This document shows, piece after piece, positions 36,634-45,895 of a stretch of 64,000 bases of DNA. Source of the stretch: a bacterium (GTDB lineage Bacteria > Patescibacteriota > Minisyncoccia > Moranbacterales > UBA2206); the NCBI GenBank assembly GCA_021785125.1, contig JAJYGF010000012.1:16612-80611 (forward strand), in the 5' to 3' direction. Under the pieces are notes generated by a model. The model did not search any database, had not been told where the DNA came from, and was given only the letters and a program-made list of their open reading frames with translations. The position numbers and the translations under genes were made by a program. Within the stretch, counting starts at the first letter, position 1. The number at the start of each line of letters is the position of its first letter.

Positions 36634-37917
36634 ATGTCAGAACTAAAAGACAAGAAGGTCTGTGTCATAGGCATGGGTTACGTCGGCCTTCCGCTGGCGG
36701 CTGTCTGCGCGAAAAAAGGATACGCAGTAACCGGATTTGATACGGACAAAGCGAAATTGGAAATCATCGCCCAGGGCAAGAGCCCCTTCCATGAGAAGTT
36801 TCTGGAAGATCTTCTGCCACAGGTGAAGATCAATGTCACTTCCGATCCGGCCGGAATCAAGGATCACGATATCTATCTGATCTGCGTGCCGACTCCGGTT
36901 GATGAAGAGCATAATCCTGATCTGAAATATGTCATTCTGGCTTCCGAATCCGTGGCCCAAAACATGAAAAAAGGCGCGCTGGTGGTTCTGGAATCAACCG
37001 TTAATCCAGGAGTAAGCGAAGAAGCGGTTGCGCCGATATTTGAAAAAGCCGGCTATGTGATCGGCCAGGATGTTTTTATTTCACATTGTCCGGAACGGGT
37101 CAATCCCGGCGATCCGAAATGGAACGTTTCCAACATTCCGAGAGTGGTCGGCTCTTTCGATGAGAAAGGCCTAGTAATGACCAAAGAATTTTATGAAAGC
37201 GTGGTTGATGCCGAAATTATGCCGATGGATAGCATTCGCGAAGCCGAGGCGGTAAAAATTATGGAAAATTCCTTCCGCGACATCAACATTGCTTTCGTCA
37301 ACGAGATGGCGATGTCATTCGCCAGGATGGATATCGATATCACCAATGTCATCCGTGGCGCTTCGACCAAGCCATACGCATTCATGGCGCACAACCCGGG
37401 CTGTGGCGTTGGCGGACATTGCATTCCGGTCGATCCGTACTACATGATCCAGAAAGGCAAAGAAAATAATTTTGAACATAAATTCCTATCCTCCGCCCGC
37501 TTGATCAATGACGGCATGGCCGATTATACCGTCGAACTTCTGCAAGACAGGATGAATGAAGCTGGAAAGGCCGTAAAAGGATCGAAAGTCGGAGTGCTCG
37601 GCATCTCATACAAAGGAAACGTCGGAGATCTGCGCGAGAGTCCGGCTTTACGCATAATCGAAAAGATCAAAGTTCTTGAGCCGGAACTTTTAACATACGA
37701 CCCATATATTCCGGAATTTTCGACTGTCAGAAATCTGGACGAAATTCTTTCCAAATCAGAAGCTATAGTTATTGTGACCGATCACAAAGAATTTAAAAAT
37801 ATCCCCGTCGAAGATTTTGTGAAAAACGGGATCAAAGTGATCATTGACGGCCGAAATTGCCTGGATAAAAAGGCTATCCGTGAAACAGGCATAATCTACG
37901 CCGGAATCGGACGCTAA
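36634..37917 (+). CDS. nucleotide-sugar dehydrogenase (UDP-glucose / UDP-ManNAc 6-dehydrogenase family)
   Basis: KVCVIGMGYVGLPLA Rossmann N-terminus and the catalytic Cys region (GCGVGGHCIPVDP). Confidence 0.85.
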   Translation: MSELKDKKVCVIGMGYVGLPLAAVCAKKGYAVTGFDTDKAKLEIIAQGKSPFHEKFLEDLLPQVKINVTSDPAGIKDHDIYLICVPTPVDEEHNPDLKYVILASESVAQNMKKGALVVLESTVNPGVSEEAVAPIFEKAGYVIGQDVFISHCPERVNPGDPKWNVSNIPRVVGSFDEKGLVMTKEFYESVVDAEIMPMDSIREAEAVKIMENSFRDINIAFVNEMAMSFARMDIDITNVIRGASTKPYAFMAHNPGCGVGGHCIPVDPYYMIQKGKENNFEHKFLSSARLINDGMADYTVELLQDRMNEAGKAVKGSKVGVLGISYKGNVGDLRESPALRIIEKIKVLEPELLTYDPYIPEFSTVRNLDEILSKSEAIVIVTDHKEFKNIPVEDFVKNGIKVIIDGRNCLDKKAIRETGIIYAGIGR

Positions 37918-38014
37918 AAAATAATCGTACCGCAAAACGAGGCTCCTTATGGGGCCTTGTTGCTTATTGAATGAAAATTTGCCATAATGAAAACAATAAA
38001 AATAAAAAACAACT

Positions 38015-38251
38015 ATGTTTGATATTATCAAATCCATCCTCTGGATCGCAGTGATTTTGGTTCTGGCTTATTTTGTGATGAATTATTACGGTTATCGAAT
38101 AAATATGGATTACTTTTCCTATAGCCAGAAACAATGCGAGGAAAAAATCACCGAGTGTACCAATGCGGTTTTTCATAAGGGAATCGATAATGCCGACAAA
38201 TGCAATTTCAATTGCGTGAATCCCCAATTAATCATTAAGAAGACAAAATAA
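38015..38251 (+). CDS. small membrane protein with a Cys-rich ectodomain (hypothetical)
   Basis: 78 aa with one TM helix and 5 Cys residues. Confidence 0.4.
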   Translation: MFDIIKSILWIAVILVLAYFVMNYYGYRINMDYFSYSQKQCEEKITECTNAVFHKGIDNADKCNFNCVNPQLIIKKTK

Positions 38252-39201
38252 TGAAGCTCGTCGTAAATCTTCCGGCTTTCAATGAAGAGGAAAAGATCGG
38301 AGAAACTATCCGAAGAATTCCCCGCCAAATAGAAGGCATCGACGAAGTGATCGTGCAAATCATCGATGATGGCAGCAAGGATAAAACCGTTCAAACGGCC
38401 AAAAATGCAGGCGCGGATTTTGTTTACGTCAACGGCATCAATCGAGGTATCGGCATCACTTTCAAGCATGCCGCGGAAAGGGCATTGGACAATGGCGCGG
38501 ATATTATGGTCAATATGGACGCTGACGGCCAATTCAATCCACAGGACATTGCGAAGATAATCGATCCGATCCTTAAAAAAGAAGCGGACATTGTCAGTGC
38601 CAGTCGCTTTGGTGATAAGGAGGCGAAAGATATGCCTAAAACCAAATATTGGCTGAATCGCGTGGCCGCCAAAATCATCGGCAATTTTATGAATTTCGAA
38701 ATTGATGATTTGACTTGCGGCTTCCGTGCGTACAGCCGTGAAGCGTTGTTGCGCCTGAATATTGTGCCGGGATTTACCTATACCCAAGAAACGATCATCG
38801 ACGCGATCGGAAAAAACATGAAAATAAAATGGGTTCCGGTGGAGGTGACATATTATAGCGGAAGAAAGTCACGGGTAGTCAAAAGCATCTTTAATTACGT
38901 CAACAACAGCGGAAAAATCATTTTGGAAGCGGTCCGCGACGTGCGACCGATGAAATTTTTCGGCTGGCCGGCCTTTGTTATGATACTGACTTCTTTCGGA
39001 TTCTTCGGATATTTTTTAATCATGTATTTCCAAGACTTCAAAATTACGCCCTACAAAAACGTGTTGCTGGTCGGACTGGTTCTTCTGATTGTGGGCATCC
39101 AATTTTTAATCTTTGCCTTCATCGCGGACATGATAAAATCCACTCGAAAATTGATCGAGGATCAGGCGCAACTCCTGAAAAAATGGCGCTATAAGAAATA
39201 A
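38251..39201 (+). CDS. GT2 polyprenyl-phosphate glycosyltransferase (DPM1/GtrB/ArnC-like) with C-terminal TM helices
   Basis: LPAFNEEEKI…DDGSKD…DADGQ motifs, plus 2 C-terminal TM helices. Confidence 0.75.
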   Translation: MKLVVNLPAFNEEEKIGETIRRIPRQIEGIDEVIVQIIDDGSKDKTVQTAKNAGADFVYVNGINRGIGITFKHAAERALDNGADIMVNMDADGQFNPQDIAKIIDPILKKEADIVSASRFGDKEAKDMPKTKYWLNRVAAKIIGNFMNFEIDDLTCGFRAYSREALLRLNIVPGFTYTQETIIDAIGKNMKIKWVPVEVTYYSGRKSRVVKSIFNYVNNSGKIILEAVRDVRPMKFFGWPAFVMILTSFGFFGYFLIMYFQDFKITPYKNVLLVGLVLLIVGIQFLIFAFIADMIKSTRKLIEDQAQLLKKWRYKK

Positions 39202-39280
39202 GTTTTTCGCACGCACCGGGAATACTGGCCTTTTGGTTGTTTTTGGGTTAGAATGATAATGTTAAATTTTTAGCCGATCT

Positions 39281-40390
39281 ATGCGCGTCTTATTCATTTC
39301 ACACGCCTATCCCCCCACGGTTGGAGGCGTCGAAAATCATAATTACGAACTTTCGGCATGGTTGGCCAAGATTTCTGAAACAACGACCATTGCTAATAAA
39401 AAAGGCAAAAAATTTCTACCGATATTCATGCCCTATGCCCTCATAAAAAGCCTTCTGGTCTTGCCTAAATTTGACGTAATCCTTCTGGGCAACGGATTAT
39501 TATCGCACATTGGGTGGATATTAAAGATCATATATCGGAAACCGGTCGTAGCGGTATTGCACGGATTGGATCTGACTTTTAAAAACAGATTCTATCAGGC
39601 ATTTTGGGTCGGATTTTTCATAAAAAGAATGGATAAATTGGTCGCGGTCGGCAATGAAACCGTCCGGGTCGCGGAAAGAAAAGGAATCGCTCCGGAAAGA
39701 TTGGTTTTTATTCCGAACGGCATCGATACGGAAAAATACAGCGGAAATTTTTCCAGAAATGATCTGGAACGTCTACTCGGCGAAGATCTGTCCGGCAAAA
39801 AAATCCTTCTGACTTCCGGACGTCTGGCAAAACGGAAAGGTGTGGCTTGGTTTGTCCGGAACGTTTTGCCGAAATTGGATGGGAACATCATTTATGTCAT
39901 TGCGGGAGATGGAAATGACAAAGACAATGTCAAGGTGGCGATTTCAGAATCAAAAATGGATAATCGAACGAGAATGCTGGGATATGTCACGGATAAAGAG
40001 CGCGATCTGCTTTTCCATACCTGCGACATTTTTATCCAACCAAACATCAAGATTCACGGCGATATGGAAGGTTTCGGCATTTCGGTCATAGAGGCCGCTT
40101 ACTGCGGCATTCCGGTCATCGCCGCGAAATTGGAAGGTCTCCAGGATGCCATATTCGACGGACAAAACGGCTTTTTGGTCGAACCGGAAGATGCCGATAG
40201 CTATGCCTTGAAGATCAATGAGCTTCTTGGCAATGAAGTTTTCCGCAAAGAATTCGGAAAAAGAGCCAGTCGCTTCGTGGCGGACAATTTCAGCTGGGAA
40301 AAAATTTCGCAGAAGTATCTGGCGGAAATCGAAAAAGCTGTTTCCGATTCGAGAATCAAAACAAACGAAGAAATAAAAACGCATGTTTAA
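39281..40390 (+). CDS. glycosyltransferase family 4
   Basis: MRVLFISHAYPPTVGGVENH and EGFGISVIEAAYCGIPVIA. Confidence 0.8.
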   Translation: MRVLFISHAYPPTVGGVENHNYELSAWLAKISETTTIANKKGKKFLPIFMPYALIKSLLVLPKFDVILLGNGLLSHIGWILKIIYRKPVVAVLHGLDLTFKNRFYQAFWVGFFIKRMDKLVAVGNETVRVAERKGIAPERLVFIPNGIDTEKYSGNFSRNDLERLLGEDLSGKKILLTSGRLAKRKGVAWFVRNVLPKLDGNIIYVIAGDGNDKDNVKVAISESKMDNRTRMLGYVTDKERDLLFHTCDIFIQPNIKIHGDMEGFGISVIEAAYCGIPVIAAKLEGLQDAIFDGQNGFLVEPEDADSYALKINELLGNEVFRKEFGKRASRFVADNFSWEKISQKYLAEIEKAVSDSRIKTNEEIKTHV

Positions 40391-42281
40391 TTTTTTAATC
40401 AGTCAAACATTATTTTATACGGTTTCTCTTTTCGTCCTTTTTGTGCCGGGATATTTTTTGCTTTTAGCCATCTTTGGAAAAAGACGGATCCTTAGCGGTT
40501 TGGAAAGATTTGTAATTTCATTCGGCTTCAGCATCATCAGCGTGGATTTCATCAATTTCTCGTTTTCCGGCCTGCATATTCCAATCACTCGCCTCTCCAC
40601 TTTTTTGGGAATCGCTATTTTTAGTCTGGTCTGCTTTGCGATTTACCGATTTAGAAGATTCGCCGACAGCCCAGATGACGGCCGGCTCTTTAATTTTTCC
40701 AAAAATCAGCTGATTTTGATTCTAATCTTGATATTCCTGATGTTTTTTATAAAACTTTCATATCTGACCGGAACTGTATTTCCGACCGCTACCGACATGG
40801 GCCATCACATGTTCTGGTCCGAATGGATGGCTGACAATCACAAACTTCCGACATATGACGGCATGCCGGACTTCATTATCGGCGAACATATCATCTTCGG
40901 GGCGATCATTTTGCTTTCCAATGCAGATGTCACGAGCGCTTTTCCGGTTGTTGTTTTGCTGCTTATCGATCTCTTGAGCATTTTGGCCATTTTCATTCTG
41001 ACGCTTCGAATCTTCAAGCAGAAGAATGTCGCCATTATGACCCTGCTTTTTTCCGGCGTTCTTTATGCCGTAACTTCTCCGCAAGCCAAATTCGTCAGCG
41101 GGGGCGTGGTTGGAAATGTTATGGGAAATTTCTTACTGCCCCTGTCTTTTTATTTCTATTACAGGGCCTTTGAATTTTTTGAAAACGGCACCCTTACCAC
41201 AAATGAATCTCGAACATTTTTGGCTCTGGCCTTTTTCTCCACCTTTGGCCTGTTTTATACTCATCATCTGACAGCCTTTATATTTTTATTCATATCATTT
41301 TTAGCTATCGTCCTTTTTCTGATTCTGAACTTTTCAAAACTGAAAGAAACGATCGAAGCCGCCTTAAAGCTCATTCTTTCTCCACGCGTCATGGCGGTTT
41401 TCATCGGCGGCTTGGTATTCTTTTTTTTCATATTCACGCCGAATTACATAAAAACCAGCGCGGTTAATACTGTTGTCGGAGCTCCATCAAAAGGTACCCG
41501 CGTCGGATTAAGCATCGCTAATTTGCGATCTTCAGTCGGCGAAGCCAGGTTAGCATTAGGTTTTGTGGGCCTCCTGATCCTGGCGTGGGGATACAAGAGA
41601 AGGAATCTTGGCTATACGATCATTTCCGCGTGGGCCGTCATGATTTTTATCATGTCTACCGAACCGCATCTCCTATTTGTGAACTTGCCCAGCAATCGGA
41701 TCGGCAATTATCTATCCTATCCAATTGCGATTCTCGGATCATACGCTCTTTGCTTTGTTTTTGGCTCCAGATTCCGGCTGGAAAAAAACGAGCGGATCGT
41801 TCCCAACAGTCTTGTCCGACTCAGTCTTGCAGCAATCCTTGTTTTTGTTTTGGTGAATGGGATTTCCGATTCAGCCTTAGCCTTCAAGAACAGCAACAAA
41901 TTGAGCCTGATTGCTCAAACTTTCGATTCTTCCCAATATCTGGTGCCGCATATAACCAATTCCGACATGGTGCTCAAAGATCACAATTATATTACCGCCG
42001 ATTCATGGATAAAAATATTTTTCATGCGCGGATTCAAATTTCCGCTTTCGCGCGGATATTTCAAGCGCTACAACGATCCGACCAAACCTCGCGAAATGTG
42101 CACACTCGACATGATCGCTTCGCCAAACAGCCCGGATGCTGAGAAATGTTTTGCCGGTACGAACACCAATTTTATCATGGTCAATCCGCAGTATGACAGC
42201 GCCCAATTCCAAAAATTAAAAAATTTCAACCAAATTTATTCGAATTCCGAAATCAATATTTATTATCGCGTCAAACAATAA
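40383..42281 (+). CDS. large polytopic membrane protein (possible GT-C fold glycosyltransferase)
   Basis: 632 aa with about 12 TM helices followed by a soluble C-terminal domain. Confidence 0.45.
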   Translation: MFNFLISQTLFYTVSLFVLFVPGYFLLLAIFGKRRILSGLERFVISFGFSIISVDFINFSFSGLHIPITRLSTFLGIAIFSLVCFAIYRFRRFADSPDDGRLFNFSKNQLILILILIFLMFFIKLSYLTGTVFPTATDMGHHMFWSEWMADNHKLPTYDGMPDFIIGEHIIFGAIILLSNADVTSAFPVVVLLLIDLLSILAIFILTLRIFKQKNVAIMTLLFSGVLYAVTSPQAKFVSGGVVGNVMGNFLLPLSFYFYYRAFEFFENGTLTTNESRTFLALAFFSTFGLFYTHHLTAFIFLFISFLAIVLFLILNFSKLKETIEAALKLILSPRVMAVFIGGLVFFFFIFTPNYIKTSAVNTVVGAPSKGTRVGLSIANLRSSVGEARLALGFVGLLILAWGYKRRNLGYTIISAWAVMIFIMSTEPHLLFVNLPSNRIGNYLSYPIAILGSYALCFVFGSRFRLEKNERIVPNSLVRLSLAAILVFVLVNGISDSALAFKNSNKLSLIAQTFDSSQYLVPHITNSDMVLKDHNYITADSWIKIFFMRGFKFPLSRGYFKRYNDPTKPREMCTLDMIASPNSPDAEKCFAGTNTNFIMVNPQYDSAQFQKLKNFNQIYSNSEINIYYRVKQ

Positions 42282-42282
42282 G

Positions 42283-42660
42283 ATGAAAAAAATCAGTCAG
42301 GCCAATCTAATCATATTCTTTTTTGTTGCGCTGTTTTTGGTCGGGTCGATCTATCTTTTTTCCATCGATCAGAGATATGACAGCCACAAATATGCCAAGG
42401 GGTGGTGGTCCTTGTCTTTTGATAATCCAAAAACGAATGACTTAAGTTTCGAAATTGAAAATTTTACATCCAAATCGGATTTTCATTGGGAGTTATTGGC
42501 CGACAACGCGCAAATTTCCGAAGGAGATGCAAGTATCGGTCACGGCAAAACCCAAGAAATCAAAATCGACGCTGACAAGGCTCAGTCCGACAAAAGAATG
42601 ATCATACGGATTTCTCTCGGAACAGATACAAAGGAAATATACAAAAACATCAGTAATTAA
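42283..42660 (+). CDS. hypothetical protein with N-terminal TM anchor
   Basis: 125 aa. Confidence 0.4.
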   Translation: MKKISQANLIIFFFVALFLVGSIYLFSIDQRYDSHKYAKGWWSLSFDNPKTNDLSFEIENFTSKSDFHWELLADNAQISEGDASIGHGKTQEIKIDADKAQSDKRMIIRISLGTDTKEIYKNISN

Positions 42661-42664
42661 GGAT

Positions 42665-43792
42665 ATGGCTATGAAAAGAATACTTTTGGTGACTCGGCCG
42701 ATCGCGCCGCCGTGGGACGAGGCTTCCAAAAATTTCGCGTATCATTTGGCGCAAAACATCGATAAGCGCGATTTCGAGCTCCATCTGATGACGAAAGGCG
42801 TCCTGGCTGATCTTCCGGATGAAGTCATACAAGAGAACATATACACCCGCTCCGAAAATGATTTTTCGTTTTCACAGAAAATCCGCTCCTTGATGTTCCA
42901 ATTGAAAAATCGGAACAGTTTTAACATCGCGCACTATTTTTTCACGCCTACCAAGCTCAATTCGTTCATCATCAAAAGATTTGTTAAGAACCGGAAATTG
43001 CGCACTGTTCAGACCGTCGCCACTCTCCGAGAAGATCTGTTTTCTGATGCGGAAATAAAAACACTGATATTCGCCGACTACGTGGCGACATATTCCGATT
43101 ATGCGAAGAACAAATTGAATTTGCTGGGATTTAAAAAAGTGAGTCGGATTTATCCTGGGATAGATCTGCAGCAATATCTGATGCGTCCGAAAAATCAGGA
43201 ACTTATGAAAATTTTCAATTTTTCGGCAGGCGATTTCGTCATTCATTTTGGAGGAGAATATGTTCGCTTGGGCGCAATCGATGATGTTGTTGACGCTTTC
43301 ATTTCTGTTTCCCAAAAAATTCCAAATGCCAAACTTTTTTTGGCGGTCCGCGTAAAAAACAGCAAGGATGCCGAAAAAAAAGAACAGGTAATTTCCAAAT
43401 TGAAAAAGCAGAAGCTTCTGGAAAAAGTCGCCTTTTTTGATGATGGCAGATTTGAAATGGAAGAAATTTACAATCTGGCGGATATTTCCCTTTTTCCTGT
43501 CCGAAACATGCATGGAAAATTTGATGTGCCACTGGTAGTTGTCGAGGCGATGGCCTGTGAGAAACCGGTAATCCTTTCCGACATTCCTATTCTTCAAGAA
43601 TTCGCGACAAAAGACAACTCTGTTACTATTCAAAAAGGCGACGTTGCCGGATTAGCCCGGGCCATATCGGATCTTCACGACAATATCGAAAAAAGAAAAC
43701 TGCTGGGCAAACAAGCCAGAAAATACGTGGAAGACAATTTCGATATTAAAAAAGTAGCTGGTATTTATGAAAAAATATATGAAAAATTATGA
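42665..43792 (+). CDS. glycosyltransferase family 4
   Basis: VVVEAMACEKPVILSDIP. Confidence 0.75.
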   Translation: MAMKRILLVTRPIAPPWDEASKNFAYHLAQNIDKRDFELHLMTKGVLADLPDEVIQENIYTRSENDFSFSQKIRSLMFQLKNRNSFNIAHYFFTPTKLNSFIIKRFVKNRKLRTVQTVATLREDLFSDAEIKTLIFADYVATYSDYAKNKLNLLGFKKVSRIYPGIDLQQYLMRPKNQELMKIFNFSAGDFVIHFGGEYVRLGAIDDVVDAFISVSQKIPNAKLFLAVRVKNSKDAEKKEQVISKLKKQKLLEKVAFFDDGRFEMEEIYNLADISLFPVRNMHGKFDVPLVVVEAMACEKPVILSDIPILQEFATKDNSVTIQKGDVAGLARAISDLHDNIEKRKLLGKQARKYVEDNFDIKKVAGIYEKIYEKL

Positions 43793-45275
43793 TTTGAAAA
43801 ATTTATCCGAACACAAAAAAGAGATGCGGACTCCTGAAATGAAAGTTCCGGCCATTTTTCATCTGTCCGACGATCTTATGCCGAACGATTCGACGCTTGA
43901 CGAAATAATAAATGTCGCTTCTTCGCCGCATGTTTTTCATCATGTGGCTGCCATGAGCGACGTCCACAGCAAAAAAGGCAGGAAGAATCCGACCGGCACG
44001 GTAATATCTTCAGAAAATTATCTTTTGCCCCAAATCAACGATACCGCCCCTAATTGCGGAATGAGACTTCTGAAAACCAGTTTGACCGATGAAGATTTCG
44101 GAGAGACTGAATTGGAAAAACTTTTCAAAGAATTGGTAAAAGTTATTCCGACCAAAGCCTATGTCGGAACCAGAATCCCCTATCGATTAGTCGTGGATAT
44201 TTGCCGCCAGGGCTTGCCGGCAGTTACGGAATATTTTAATACCCGCACCAAAAATGAAATTGAAAACACTTTCAAAAACGGAAATTTTTTCGACGAGGAA
44301 ATTTCAGAAAGGGATATTACGGACGTCATTCCGAAACTATTTCTGAACATCGGCAAATATCGGCTGGGAATTTTGGGCGCGGCCGGCAATCATTTCTTGG
44401 ATCTTATGAAAATTACCGAGATTAAGGATTCGGAAATCGCCAAAAAGTTCGGCATTGAAGAAGACCAGTATGTCTTCCTAATGCATACCGGCTCGGGCCT
44501 TCTGGGTCAATATGCTTCGTATTTCTATACTCCGAAGAGAAAAGAGCATTTGAGCCAAAAAATTATTTTGGAATTAGGCAAACTCGGATTCAAATCTCAA
44601 ATGGAACATGTTTATGAAAGACTTTCAAAACGCATAAGCGAAGCCAGAAATAAATCGGAATTTTTCGCGTATGAATCCGATAGCATGGAGGGCAGAATGT
44701 TTTTGCGTTCGCACAACGCGGCTGCCAATCACGGATTTGCCAATCGGGCCATACTGACCCATCATTTGGACCAAGCTATCGAACGCGTATTGGGAAAAGA
44801 TCCCGAATTGGAGCTTCTTTACGACATGCCGCATGTTTTTATCGATCGCGAAAATCATTTCGGCAAAGATCTGTGGGTGCATCGCAATGGAACCGTGCGC
44901 GCCAATGGACCAAAAAGAATGGCCCGCCATCCGATCTTTTCGACAACCGGCGAACCGGTGTTTATCCCGTCTTCTATGAGTACGCCGGCCTACTTGGGAG
45001 TCGGCACCGACGAGAACGAATCGTCTTTCTTTTCCGCCAGCCATGGCACCGGCCGCCGCAAGAATCCTGGCAAAGACACTCCGGTGAACAAGGCTGACCT
45101 TTTCGATAAGATGCAGGAAAAACAGGTCCGACTCTTCAATGCCAGATCCAAAGGCGTCGTAAAGCAGGACAGTGCATACTACAAAGATGTCGAGGAAGTC
45201 ATCCGCGGCATGGAAGACAATAAGATAGTGAAAATCGTGGCCAAGATGGAACCGGTAGCAGTTTTAATGTATTAA
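43767..45275 (+). CDS. rtcB: RtcB-family RNA ligase (divergent); the start may be at a later in-frame Met
   Basis: RtcB signature blocks are present: MSDVHSKKG, NCGMRL, GAAGNHFLD, HTGSGLLG, SHNAAANHG and SHGTGRR. Confidence 0.6.
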   Translation: MKKYMKNYDLKNLSEHKKEMRTPEMKVPAIFHLSDDLMPNDSTLDEIINVASSPHVFHHVAAMSDVHSKKGRKNPTGTVISSENYLLPQINDTAPNCGMRLLKTSLTDEDFGETELEKLFKELVKVIPTKAYVGTRIPYRLVVDICRQGLPAVTEYFNTRTKNEIENTFKNGNFFDEEISERDITDVIPKLFLNIGKYRLGILGAAGNHFLDLMKITEIKDSEIAKKFGIEEDQYVFLMHTGSGLLGQYASYFYTPKRKEHLSQKIILELGKLGFKSQMEHVYERLSKRISEARNKSEFFAYESDSMEGRMFLRSHNAAANHGFANRAILTHHLDQAIERVLGKDPELELLYDMPHVFIDRENHFGKDLWVHRNGTVRANGPKRMARHPIFSTTGEPVFIPSSMSTPAYLGVGTDENESSFFSASHGTGRRKNPGKDTPVNKADLFDKMQEKQVRLFNARSKGVVKQDSAYYKDVEEVIRGMEDNKIVKIVAKMEPVAVLMY

Positions 45276-45283
45276 AATTAATT

Positions 45284-45895
45284 ATGAAGCTTATCACTTT
45301 TTCCGGAGTCGACGGCTCGGGCAAATCGACCCAGGTCAAAATGCTAAAAGAATATCTGGAATCAAAAGGCAAACGCGTCTATTATTTCCACGTGGTCGAA
45401 TTCGGCATTGCTAAAAAGATCAATGACCTAAAAAAATATTGCTTATTTTGCCAATTGACCGGCAGATGTGGGACATCCGGCAACGAAGAAAAAAGTGTGA
45501 CCAAGGCCAATTTCTGCCAGATCCAATTGCGCAGGTGCTTTTTATTCATCGACATCCTGCGTTTCAAATTTTTTCTCAAAAAATTGAAAAAAAATTTCGA
45601 CTATATTTTGAGCGACCGGTATTTTTATGATTCTGTCATAAACATCATTTATCTTTCCAAAAAAGATAAAAATTTGCCATGCGAAAAATCCATCATCAAG
45701 CCCGACAAGGCTTTTTATATGGATATTTCTCCGGAGCAGATCATGAAAAGAGAAAGGAGGCCTGACCAAGGCATCCGGTACCTGAAAGACAAAATCGCGC
45801 TTTTCAAGGGCCACACCAAGTCATGGAACATGCAAGTTATCGATGCGCAACAGGAAAAGGAGGCGATCTTCAAAATAATTTCAGAAAATTTATGA
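45284..45895 (+). CDS. tmk: thymidylate kinase-like P-loop kinase with an unusual Cys-containing insert
   Basis: FSGVDGSGKST P-loop, SDRYFYDS DR-motif region and an RERRPDQGIRY LID-like segment. Where the canonical TREPGGT segment would be, the sequence is Cys-rich. Confidence 0.55.
   Translation: MKLITFSGVDGSGKSTQVKMLKEYLESKGKRVYYFHVVEFGIAKKINDLKKYCLFCQLTGRCGTSGNEEKSVTKANFCQIQLRRCFLFIDILRFKFFLKKLKKNFDYILSDRYFYDSVINIIYLSKKDKNLPCEKSIIKPDKAFYMDISPEQIMKRERRPDQGIRYLKDKIALFKGHTKSWNMQVIDAQQEKEAIFKIISENL

Noticed and set aside
36643-36960. 105-aa minus-strand ORF
   Set aside because: It is antisense to the N-terminus of the nucleotide-sugar dehydrogenase gene.
45823-45891. Extended N-terminus of the Wzx gene (ORF-track start at 45823)
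   Set aside because: It would overlap tmk by 70 nt. An ATG at 45892 overlaps the tmk stop as ATGA, which is the typical coupled start.
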